The notes below the pieces were generated by a model. The model made no database searches, was not told the origin of the DNA, and was given only the letters and a program-made list of their open reading frames with translations. Shown in pieces: positions 38,534-49,850 of a stretch of DNA of 55,679 bases (within the stretch, counting starts at the first letter, position 1; each line of letters opens with the position of its first letter). Both the position numbers and the translations under genes were made by a program. Source of the DNA: Catajapyx aquilonaris (Eukaryota); NCBI GenBank assembly GCA_000934665.2, contig KZ538152.1, positions 62,001-117,679 of the forward strand, written 5' to 3'.

Positions 38534-40503
38534 CGTTAGCGTTAACGTGAAGGTAAGGACAGAAAGTCTCCATTGTGTGTTACTGTACGAGCAAAACGAT
38601 GGAGACGGCTAGTTACAGGTTTGGTTTTATATTGCAGGAGCGGAGGCAACTCAAGACACGAGTTTCAATAACTGGTTTTCAGAGGTGTACAGTAGCGTCC
38701 TGCTACCTAAATCTCACGGAATTCCAGGGAATTCTCGATTTTTCTTCCGTCGCGTCGTCTCCACGGTCGTCTCCATCATTTTTCTCGCGATGTTACTGCG
38801 GTTCCACACGGGGCCGATTATACGTATCGAAAAGTAACAAGCTATGTTTGGTTACTTACTGTTTTGTCGGTCTGTGTCGTGGTCGGTGTAAAAACCAATG
38901 CAATGGTAGAAAAATAGCGCCCGAAAATGATGGCACCATTTGTACCATTGCCATTGCTGCACACAAACTTAAGGTACGTGCGGGGGGGGGGGGGGGGGGA
39001 ANGGGGCAGAATGGCGGGCTGACCCGAGGTGACTGCAGTTGGTGGCGGGAATGATGAGAGAGTCGCTCCCAAAATGATGCTGTATGTTGGCTTTGGCGGC
39101 GAAGATCCCGTAATTACAGCATAAACCGTACATTTCATTTACAAGTACGGCTTTCCACACCCTTGCGAGTAGAGAATTTAGGTTGCAAGGAGCATATTCA
39201 TGTAGGCATGGGTTTAGAAAAGATTGTGCAAGTGTAGACCAGAGAAAGGCTTATGTAGGCGGTTCCTAGTCGTGCGGCGCACACTAAACGATCCTCGGCC
39301 CCGATTGCCTGCAATTATGCCCTTTGGGGACACATGGGACGTCCATTCTTGAAGGATCATTCCCTGCACGGACCCCAACTTCATCTCACCATCTCGCATT
39401 GTGACACCCGGCCTTTATGACAAGCAATATCAGCCGGGGATAAAGAGGAGCTCAAATTGTTATTAGGTGCACATTGGCGTCCATTTTCCCCTGATGGCAC
39501 CCCCTGTGTGATGTATGGAAACCCCGTATTTATTGCTTGGCGTCCCACAGTCACACGCGCATGTCAAAACCTTCTGCGTGACGCCATCTTGTGATTAGCA
39601 GCCATCCTGTGGCAGCAGTCTGACTCTGCACTTCTGATGCATCATGTGGGTAACGAAGGGAAAGTTCCGTACGTCGTATAGTCGGCTACGGTACGGCGGT
39701 AACAATAACAAGCGTGGACTGGACCACTTGACGCTGCAATTCCACATTTCATGCCTAATTGGTGAGATGGATGTCGCTTGGACAGGTTAAGAATAAGGCA
39801 CGTGTAGAAACCGTGCTCTTTCTTTGCCACAAGGCTTTTTTATGGGAATTTATGCAACATTCCTCTTGCTTGGTGTCTCCTTCCTGGGCCGCTACACTCT
39901 GGGGATATACCGACGTAGTTCCCCATTAAGTTACGAGTCTCATCACTGTCTTTTTGTACACAACTTGAGAAATCTCACTTTCTGCGAGCAGTGGTGGGTG
40001 TCATTATTGTTGTTATCGTTACTGTAACTGTACCTCCACTGACTTTTAAACCTTGGAGCTTACTGTAAGCAACTAGAATTGAGTGAATATGCTGCAGTAT
40101 CCCTTTCAGGTAGTCCTGTATGCTCTGGGTTTCCTCATCGGAGATTTCTAAATATACAGTGCTGATATAATATGTGCAATTTAGTGCATGTTTGGAGAAG
40201 TCGGCCACTATTACATATTCCAATCTATGTCGGAAAATACTGTTAGAACATAGGGAGGCGAAGTGGCGCTGCGGTAACGTATGCGCCCACGGATGTTAAG
40301 GTCCCGGGATCAATCCCGCCCGAGGACACCCCCTTCGGCCCTTCATCTCGTGCGGAGTTTAGGGCCATCTCTGACTTAGTCTCGGGTGGTATTTCCGATA
40401 GACTAAACCACCCGGGGAAGCTCACAAAATGACCACATATGTGATATGTCATTGCGCAGCACTTGCACATCCCCTCCTGCCATCCTCCCTATCGCTCGCG
40501 GTA

Positions 40504-40678
40504 CAGTGTTGGACATTAATCGAGGCATTCGAGACACTGGTGGCTAGCGACATTTTCCGAAGCGGCAGAAGAAGGAATCGAAGATAAGGATACTGCAAGC
40601 CGGGCGAGCAAGATTCCTCCTTCTACCGCTTAGGAAAATGTCGCTAGCAGTATGCCTCGATATATGTCCAACACCCTG
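40504..40678. mobile_element. Tc1/pogo-type palindromic MITE, copy 1
   Basis: TA|CAGTGTTGGACAT...ATGTCCAACACCCTG|TA with long internal inverted arms. Confidence 0.75.
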
Positions 40679-40711
40679 TACTCGGGCGTTACGGTTAAAG
40701 GTCCACCTGTA

Positions 40712-40873
40712 CAGTGCTGGCCATATATCGAGGCAACCGCCAGAGACATTTTTCCGAAGCGGCAGAAGAAGGAATCTTGCTCGCCCGGCTTGCAGTATCC
40801 TTATCTTCGATTCCTTCTTCTGCCGCTTCGGAAAAATGTTGCTGGCGGTTGCCTCGATATATGGCCAGCACTG
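40712..40873. mobile_element. Tc1/pogo-type palindromic MITE, copy 2 (opposite orientation to copy 1)
   Basis: TA|CAGTGCTGGCCATATATCGAGGCAACCGCCAG...CTGGCGGTTGCCTCGATATATGGCCAGCACTG|TA. Its central spacer is the reverse complement of that in copy 1. Confidence 0.85.
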
Positions 40874-40944
40874 TACTAGCGTGCAAAATACAGCAAAATA
40901 AAGGTACTGTGCCGATGCCCAAGGGCGGTGCACTAAACTCAATC

Positions 40945-41018
<74 letters not shown>
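40945..41018. repeat. (TTA)~24 microsatellite
   Basis: Directly visible; probably the SINE tail. Confidence 0.97.
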
Positions 41019-41281
41019 GATAGAACATTCAGCCTGTTGTATCGATGTGTACTTGCATAATACCTGCTACGAGTTAACATATGGATGTGAAATATGGGAT
41101 TTTCCTATANCCCCCCCCCCCCCCCCTTCTATACTGTACCTTCCAGGATTTGAAAGAACATTTCAAATTTTCTTTGCCACTTAGTTTTAATGAGGCGTCG
41201 TGCATCATCCATCATGATATGTCGACATCATACATGTATGGTGAACTTGACCACGCGAGTAATTAGAACATGCAGCACTTA

Positions 41282-41409
41282 GGACCGGTTGTATCAAAAC
41301 AAATTCGGAGAAAATTTCTAATTAACCTCTATAGCGAAGACCTACTACACATAACCGGAGATTTCTCCAAAGATATTTTCTACACAATTTGAGTTAATAC
41401 TGCTAGTCC
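41282..41409. mobile_element. Degenerate PIF/Harbinger-type MITE
   Basis: TTA|GGACCGGTTGTAT...ATACTGCTAGTCC|TTA: 3-bp TTA duplication with imperfect TIRs. Confidence 0.4.
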
Positions 41410-41881
41410 TTATTTGTAACAAAAGCTGGATATTGCATTCTACTTGTACGTTAGGCGATTGTCTTCAGAATGCACGTTTCTGGTGGCTGTGATTTTTGAC
41501 TGCCGGGACTTGTAGATGCTATCTTACCTGCTACCGTGCATCATTTTACCTGGCCATTCCATTCATGTATATGCATGGAATCGCCTTCATTGGACCTGCA
41601 CACTAGTGAGCACGTTTTTTTAAATATAAAAAAAGTAGAGGGCGGCGGGTGGGGGGGGGGGGGTTGAAAAAATGTGATGCGCATGCGCCACACGTAGGCC
41701 ATAAATTGCTGACTAATTTCCGGTGTTTTGGGCCCGGCGAGGCTTAAAACGCGCATTAATGCTGCGCGATCTCTTTCGCCCCACCCGGCCGGCTCGTATA
41801 ATTATTTCGTGAGAGCGGGCCCTTTCTCATCCAGACCACTTGGCCGGCCTTTTAATTTCGCAACGTACTTAACAGGCCGGC

Positions 41882-41905
41882 CAACATGGCGGCCAATATG
41901 GCGGC
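41882..41905. promoter_or_regulatory. Tandem YY1/Pleiohomeotic-type sites
   Basis: CAACATGGCGGC-CAATATGGCGGC: two adjacent matches to the CAANATGGCGGC consensus. Confidence 0.4.
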
Positions 41906-42344
41906 GCTCTTTCAGACCGCGATTCCTTCGACCTCAGCCAGTTTTATTGATTGATGGCCAAGTAGATAAGGTAATTATGAGATATGTGCAGCGGAAATAG
42001 TGACACGTAGCGCAAGATGGGGGTACAAAGTGGGATGTGAACCTCAGGCGTGAAGTATCAGTAATAACAACGCAAGTAATGAGCGGCGTGTTTTTGCTGG
42101 GTGGGAATCAGGAAACTGGGCGGTAATTGCGACGCTATTTATTAGGTTTTTGGTACTCTGCCATGACTTTTTTTTGTGGTAATCCCGCAAAGTTTAGTGC
42201 TCGACAGGTGTGATGTGTTGGTGCATGGAGAATCACCCGTACTGATTTTATGGCTGATTTTGCCCTAACAGCCTAACCTGTTTTGAAGATGTCATTGGCG
42301 GTAAATTCGGTAAAGATTTGATTAATGTTGCTTTAAATTTGGAC

Positions 42345-42606
42345 CGTGCATGGTGGGTGTAGTAGTTAAGGCCGTAGCTTTCCCCGTGTGAGGCTTCGAG
42401 TTCGATCTCCTCGGATAAGACAGAAGATTTTCTCATTATTAAGAGATGACCCAATGTGACATCATTGGCCGTGATCGGCCGTGACCTCTTCTAACTCCTC
42501 CTATTCTCCCCTGCCCCCTTCCACTTCACGGGATTTGATAGAGAATGTCTCGAATCTCGATGGTTTCTCTCCGTGTTCGTGCCCGTTTTCTCCCATTTCT
42601 TCCCAA
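42345..42606 (+). mobile_element. Decayed copy of SINE family 2
   Basis: ggtgggtgtagtagttaag, gagttcgatctcc (42398-42410) and tcgatggtttctctccgtgttcg match the 30718-30987 element, with ~100 bp of extra sequence in between. Confidence 0.55.
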
Positions 42607-44526
42607 AAGAAAAAAAAAAATAATCAAAGCCCAAAGTAGGGAATTTTAACATATGAAACTCTATCAGATGTCTCAGGATAGGCCTAATCATATTCAATTA
42701 TTAGAAGTTTTTTGTAAAATTGAACTTTTCTAACTTAATTTTCACAGTGCACAAAAAAATTAGGACGTGAATCATTCTGCAATCTTCCTTCTTGTGAAGG
42801 ATACAATAAATGAATACGGTACGCAGTATAACTTATGATGTGCATTCTCGCCTTGATAACACCGATGTACAATAAAATTTTGAATTCCAGGTCACTTTTT
42901 ATCCGGTATTTTATAGCCCTTAAATAGCATGGGAAAGTCGTACTTTTTGCAAGTTACATTATGTTACACTTTTTATTACTATCAAGTATAGGTTAACCGA
43001 ATAGAATTTGAAGACTACTTTCACGTCGCCTGTCGGTGCAATAATTTTCACATGAGTGTTCCACATATGACGTATACTCCTTGATGAGAATTTCAGAACA
43101 AAATCACCTCAAGCGTCTGTTTTTGATCGATTTGAGATATTGCGTGATTCGTGGACGGGCAACACCCTTGTAGGCTCCATCGAGTGAAGGAGGCGCAAGT
43201 AGGCGATATCGAATAAAATGTCAGTGCAAGGACAGAGAGCCCTGACCACGTCCTGACTTACAAGTTCGTTTCTTCCATCTTGGTTGGCGATAAAGAGATC
43301 GGGTTGTTCAGAGCACGTAACAGTCAACTGCTGACTGACTTAGTGCGGCCGCCAACTGGTTTAATGGGTCATGCAGACCCAGCTGTTTGTTCCTTCAGGG
43401 CTGAACTCCCATAATAAAAATATAGAAAAATATGGAATGACCGCCACGTCGGTATTTGGAATCATGCGATAAGTTATGTATGGGCCCAGCCCATTTGCTT
43501 GGTAAACACTTAATTCGATTGCCCTGGAGACTAGAGGCTGCTACCTAGCCAGTATGATGGGAAGAGAGGCAGCAGTTAAAGTGTACGTGAGGAGTGAGTG
43601 GATTATGACTTGTTTTTGCAAGTAATAGGATGCACAAGAACAAGGTTGTGATTAAGTGTGGTGGTAAAATGAAACAATAGCGGAGATCTTGATGAAAGCC
43701 GTGATAGTAACGGTTGCTAAAGTGACCATTAGCCTATGGTTGCTTATCAGACGTGCAATTTGCCAGTCCGTGCATTATAAAGTTGGACAACATGTCGGCA
43801 AAAAAACCTACGGGCTTTGGCAAAGTATTCCCATTCTCAGGACCCAAGTGGCTTAGTAATTTGCGGCATTTAAGGGCAAAAACATAAGTGTTTTTTAATG
43901 ATTTAAATTGCTGCCCGACTGGAAAAGAAATCACTTCCTGTTTGAAGAAACGAAGTGATAATGTGTGCCAATCTTGCAAATCCGTCGTGACGGTTTTACA
44001 CAAATACGACTGAGCAATATTTCACTAGTCGAATCAGTATTTACATTCTGATCTGCGGGCCGACAGAAACGAGAGCTGGTTCAATCAATGTATTACTTAG
44101 CACCTAGGTGTCGTAAATGTTAGTACAAAAAACTAACACCAGATTGTTGATGTGGGCCTGCATTTTTTTTTTTNGGGGGTAACATGCAGGGATTTAACAT
44201 TGGGGATGGGGTGCATTCCACCTTCATCAGCTTAACTGTCGCAGGGTACAGTCACAGTAACTTTTTAATCTAATATTTGCTCATGAAATATTTGCCATCA
44301 AAAATATAGAGCACTACAGCAGTATACGGCACTGCATGTTATAAACCCTGCATGACGGGTATTATGCCCTGCAGCATATTTTCCGTACAGCAGCCCCGTA
44401 GTACCTAGTTCAGTTATAGAGTGCTGGGGTTTCCAATTTATAGCATGCAGTTGGCCATTTATATAAATAATAATTGCCCCAAATTTGGTACTAGCTGTTT
44501 ATATGTGGGAAAAAATAGCGCATAAC

Positions 44527-44595
44527 AAAACTACGGTAATGGATTTTAGCAACTCGAAACGGTTTCGAGTTGCTAAAATTCATTGCCGTAGTTTT
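44527..44595. repeat. Near-perfect 34-bp-arm palindrome
   Basis: aaaactacggtaatggattttagcaactcgaaac-g-gtttcgagttgctaaaattcattgccgtagtttt; two mismatches. Confidence 0.92.
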
Positions 44596-45173
44596 CAACT
44601 ACAGAAAGACTATATAAAATTGTAGTCCGTGCGCCTCTATTTTCCTAATGGAGAATTAACTTCAAACCAATTGCAAAACATATTAGGGCCCGTTCCTCGT
44701 CCTGTCAAAAAGGATACCGGTGTATGGTACTTTTCTCTCAACGACACGCGTTCCTAGTATCTGGCACTGATCAGGCACGATTTATCATTTTCTGCTTCAT
44801 GCTATACGTCAGAATAAGTCTGTATATCAGGTAGTTTCTATGAGAAATACGGTGTTTCACTTTGAAAGATATCATTTTCTGTAGTTTCTTTCTTTACAGA
44901 ATTGTGAATAGGCTACCATGTGTATAGTATAATACACTTGGTTCTTGGTGATTTTCATTGACATAATGATACACGATTACACTTAACCGTCATAGTTGTA
45001 TCACGTTTAAAAGGATATTTTCAAATGTAGGGAAGTGTTGGTTGTCTACATCCATTTAAACTAACTCTAAGAAGTATACGGAAAATCACACAAGTCCAAG
45101 TGCATACGACGAATGAAAAGAACAAAGTGTGTCTCTCCCCTAAGCCATACGTGGCTAATTAATTGGCAATAAT

Positions 45174-46182
45174 TGAACCCCTCCGTCGAAGAAGGGTTCA
45201 TGTGCAATTATTGTTTTAAAAGTAGTGAGCCTCCCTGTGAAGGAGTTGTCCCAGGCGAATGACACTTTATCACTTCTCTACGTATATAGTCGCCCTGGAG
45301 TGTGATGCACTTCTCCCAGCAGTGGTCCAGCTTTGCGTCTCTTCGCGAAAAAAAAATATGTTTGTCTTGGTCATCACACCATTCTCGAACAGCGTTCATG
45401 ATGGCATCATCATTGTTGAAACGCGGTTATTTCAGGTGTCGTTTGAGTGTTGGGAACAGGTGAGAGTCAGATCCAACTACAGCATCACCTGTTCCCAACA
45501 CTGTTCCCAGCACCTGAAATAACCGCGTTTCAACAGTGACGCCGGCGCCGCCGTCATGAACGCTGTTCATGTTCATGTTGTGAATGGTGTGATGACTTAG
45601 ACAAAAAAACACACACACACACACACACTTCACTAAGGAGTGGGGACGTGGAAATTCAACTTTTCGAACTTTAGTGTAAACTAAACTAAACTAACCTAAC
45701 CTAACCTAACCTACCCTACCCTACCCTACCCTCCCTACCCTAACGAACCTAGGCTGAGAAAAATGGACTTTTGTGAAACCCTACAAATGAAAATAGTGGG
45801 GACATGTCCCCACTAATTTAGACATGTCCCCACTGTAATAGTACACATCGCGTGTGTGAAACTGTGGGGACTGACAAATGTCCCCGCAATTCGAACTGTG
45901 GGGACAGACGTCCCCACAGCTACAGTAAAAGCACAAACTTCCGTCCCCAGACCTAATTGAAGACATGAACACCCATACACAGACACAAATTTCGCGAAGG
46001 GATGCAAAGCTGGACCACTGCTGGGAGAAGTATTGTATACATCACAGTCCATAGGAGGACTACATATAGAGAAGTGATAAAGTACCATTCACCTGTAGGT
46101 CAACTCCTTCACATGTATAGGCTCACTAATTTTCAAACAATATAATTATGGTACATACACCGTTCTTCGAGGGAGGGGTTCA
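45174..46182. mobile_element. Fold-back element made of two inverted copies of a mariner transposase 3' end
   Basis: Long inverted arms centred near 45475. The left arm on the minus strand reads SDSHLFPTLKRHLK and AVREWCDDQDKHIFFSRRDAKLDHCWEKCITLQGDYI (mariner C-terminal motifs). The right arm carries the same on the plus strand. Confidence 0.85.
45637..45953. mobile_element. PIF/Harbinger-like MITE nested in the right arm of the fold-back
   Basis: TAA|GGAGTGGGGACG...CGTCCCCAGACC|TAA. Internal (CTAAA)/(CCTAA)/(CCCTA) microsatellite and repeated gggac...gtcccc palindromes. Absent from the left arm. Confidence 0.65.
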
Positions 46183-46392
46183 GTTGTTGTTTCCCCCAAT
46201 GACTACATAATCATCGGCGAATTTACACGAAATTCTTGAGTGCTGAAGAGCTGAAGAAGAATTTCGCCCTTTTTTGTGATGTTCTGAGCGGTTCTGAGTC
46301 AGTGCTTTCCAGGAATAGACACAAAGCTACATGCTTTTAGTTTCGCTCGAAAGGCGCACATTTTTAAAGCCTGCTGCACAGCAGCAATCAAG

Positions 46393-46394
<2 letters not shown>

Positions 46395-46460
<66 letters not shown>
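46395..46460. repeat. (TAA)22 microsatellite
   Basis: Directly visible. Confidence 0.97.
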
Positions 46461-46461
<1 letters not shown>

Positions 46462-49060
46462 TCCAGCGCAGATAACAAGCAGCTCAGACATTAGAAAGCA
46501 AGTAAGAAAATGGACACATGGTCGCCAGCTTTGACTGATTAGCAGGTGTACGGCGCGTTGTGACAATAGGGCGTGCATAATTTTGATGGCTCAAGTCACA
46601 GGTGAAAAACCCCATTCTTGGCACGTGTGAAGATCGTTCTCAAGTGAGGGGTGTAACTGGACCACTTTGCATGAAAAGTAGCTCTTAATGACGAGAAACT
46701 CATGGAGGAAGCAGAGATCATTATGGTGGTCGGACTCACGTAATCGACCTTTCCCAAACGAGCCATTACATTCGAATGTGAGTTATTAGGGCGGCCCAGC
46801 CATGAGAAAGGACAGCCCCTAAAGGGTGAACCAAAAGGAAAAAAAAGAGAAGAAGGTTGGTTGTTAATGCTGGCGATGTAGTCGGTCTCTAATAAATTGG
46901 CCGAACCATGTTGGAGCGATCGTCATCGTGCGGTCACAAGCCAAACAATACCAAGCAATCTCAAGTTCCGGGTTTTTGTTTCAAGGAAGGTTTGTTAGTG
47001 CGTCGTGATCAAGCCTTTGACCACTATCAAGTAAGGATGTGCAAAAGATAGGCAGAGAGGAACTGATAGCAGCTGTACGTTTCTTCGACTTGTCGAGTGA
47101 GGTGTAATTATGCATTTCCAAGTACATGCGGCAGATTATATTCAGCAGAGGATGATTAATTTCTCTTGGACATCAGCTTTCCAGAGAGACTGCTGAAGGT
47201 TTGATATCGGTGGGTTTACACAGTGTGCAGTAATTGGTAAATGTGATAAAGGACGATTGTTAAAACCATACAAGTAAACTGTTCGTCTGTGTTGTATATA
47301 TTTAAAGTCTGAAATATCATTCAGCGATTTACCAGCTGTGCAACCTAATAACCAACATTCACAAAATAAATCCTCAAGTAAAACAATATTTTCACAATCA
47401 ATGAAAATTGCCTTGCAAATGGATTATTCTCTGATGCAGTAAAAATGGCATTTTAGGAACAATAAAATCAAATAGTTTCCAATTTCAACAATAACATTTG
47501 CAGGATGCCGATGAGTGACAGGCAGTGTGAGTGTTCTGACTCACTTGTCAGCATTATCAAAATATATAGCTTGTATGTGATGTGCAAGAAGCTTTTCCCA
47601 GAATTACAGGCAAATGTAAGTTATATGAAACTCATATTAAATATTGGGCAGAAAGCCAGAAACAGGGAAATTCATAAAATAAAAAAATTCGTCCCCATTG
47701 CGCCTCAAGTTTTCTCCACATATGCAGATATTGCATCGTCAATTTTTGGTCGACTCCTGGTGCCAAGTATAATATGTGTACTGTATTACATTATCACTTA
47801 TTTGTGCTATTTTTTCAGCCGGTATTTACCATTACAAGCCGTACGTATGCCGCAGCTTATTTGCATTATCCTGATGGAGAATACTACCGTAACGTTTCGT
47901 GCACACCAGATCATTATATGAACATCGGGTTCTAATCCGACTTGTTTGAGTTGGTAAAGCGCAGTAGGTTGCATTCGTGAGCACCTTTCCGCATGATTAA
48001 TTAACATGCAGACCCAGCGTACTGTATTAATAAAATGACCTGGCATGAAGAGCCCTCAAGAATGTGGACTTCCTGCATTAAACTTGACTTTTTTGTTGTT
48101 GTTATCATGCAGAGACCTGTGAGTAATTACAGTCTGGACAACTGCTACGATGAAAAATAAAGGTAACAAATTAGAATCAGGCAGAAAAATGATGAATAAG
48201 AGGGTCGTACGATGACCCAGAGTTAAACCCTCCCTCCCTCGGCATCCCCTCAAAAAGGTGAAGGCGCACAGGTCATTATAATCAAGCACTATATTACCTT
48301 CTTCTCACGCACACTGCTCAGCCTTTCAAATTCGAACTTTCCACCGAGAAAAAAAAATATAGGTGGCAGGTAAAGGAGTCTGGTCATACAAGTTGCAGTA
48401 GGAATTATGCGACGTTACGCAAACAGCCTCCGTGATTGTCATTCCAGAAGCCTGAAAAGGTGATAAATTGGACACTGGCGGTACGACTTTATCTGCCGGC
48501 TACTGAAGAGGTTTTTTTCTTCCAAAAAAATAGAAACGGGTCAGCAGGAGCTCAATTAGCAATTATCATTCTGCGTACCTGCATACCTCGAGGAGTAAAC
48601 CCTCCACACTTGCACAGTATGTATCGGAGACGCGTGATTTACATTCTTGTTTACTTCGTCGTTTTTTTTTTTTTCGCGGTGCGTTTTCGTTTATTTCTGC
48701 GGGTAAAATATTATTGGTGGGCTCTCTGGCAACCTCACGTAATTTGCAGCCATATTTTCCCGGGGAACCATTGAAACTCGAGAAGAGGTTATCAATATTT
48801 TAATAAGTTGTTTGCGTCGAGTTATAGCCTTTTTTTTAACGGTTAGATGCCCGTTTTAGCCAAGTCAAAACACGAATTTCCACCACAGCGGTTACGAATG
48901 TTGTTTTTGGTGTCACATGGGACAAGTCAATTTTCAACATTATTTTATTATGTGCAAATTTAATCAAAGCGACGACGGGACGTTCGTTTTTTCTCTATGC
49001 AGCCATAGGAAGCCCCACAACAAGAAGTGGCTTGGCTTTTCTCAAATAGTGTAATTTTTA

Positions 49061-49094
49061 AGAGAGAGAGAGAGAGAGAGTGAGTGAGAGAGAG
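49061..49094. repeat. (AG)n microsatellite
   Basis: Directly visible. Confidence 0.9.
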
Positions 49095-49711
49095 TATGAA
49101 AGTGATGCGTACCTGTTGAATATATGATCGACAGAAGCTTGATAATTCAAGTTGAGTAGTTAGTACGTGCCAGAAGAACAAGCAGACCATCCACCTCACA
49201 ATTCACCAGCAACGAGGTTTGAGATTCTTGATCCCCTTCTGTCTGAAACTCACCAACCTGGTTTGGTTTATTAGGCCGACACCGTGCTGAAGACAAAGCC
49301 CTTTTTTGTTGTAAGGATTCCGGTACTCTATATTTTGAGTGAAATAGGAGGGAAAATTTGGCAATCTCTTTATCGCTAACGTGTTATGCGGAACGGGATA
49401 ATAGAGTGAAGATTTTTGATTTGCTTATGCAAATTCGTGCCAAATTCATTGTGGAGATGGGGTTTTTGCACATGTTTTGAAAAAAGTCCGTAGTGCGTGG
49501 GCAAGGATTTGTTACGGACATTGGACGTGACAGCTATCAATATTACGACGCAATTTCTGTGTGATTACTATTGACACCCGGCTTTTAACGCCCCTTTTTA
49601 GCTGCATAAACTAGCACAGGTTACACGCTTTTTCCAACCTGCGTCGCAGCTCATGAGACATAATTATGAAAACGGAGATTTATGAAAGGTGTGTTGGGCA
49701 TGAAAGCTTTT

Positions 49712-49850
49712 TTCCATCCATACGTGTGTCACGGATGAAGTGCAACTTAGGGGTCATCCTATTGGGCAGTCCCGTGTCTACTCCAAAAAGTGAGTGAGTA
49801 ACCCTTAGTTGTTTATTTGCTAGGTGGAGTACACGTGTATGGATGAGGTC
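49712..49850. repeat. Degenerate inverted repeat (possible old MITE)
   Basis: catccatacgtgtgt / acacgtgtatggatg outer arms and caacttagggg / cccttagttg inner arms. Confidence 0.35.

Larger units (their letters stand above)
40252..41020 (+). mobile_element. tRNA-derived SINE, family 1, copy B (likely full length, (TTA)n tail, interrupted by two MITEs)
   Basis: Same head as 4579 (gtggcgctgcggtaacgtatgcgccc.cggatgttaaggtccc). Ends in (TTA)~24. Flanked by an 8-bp direct repeat TAGAACAT (40244-40251 and 41021-41028). Confidence 0.72.

Noticed and set aside
40544..41184. Long ORFs with poly-Ile or poly-Leu (also 46327-46578)
   Set aside because: Artefacts of (TTA)n/(TAA)n microsatellites and palindromic MITEs.
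8396..47542. About ten AP-1 (TGASTCA) motifs
   Set aside because: Scattered, and the count is not clearly above chance for a 7-mer in this length.
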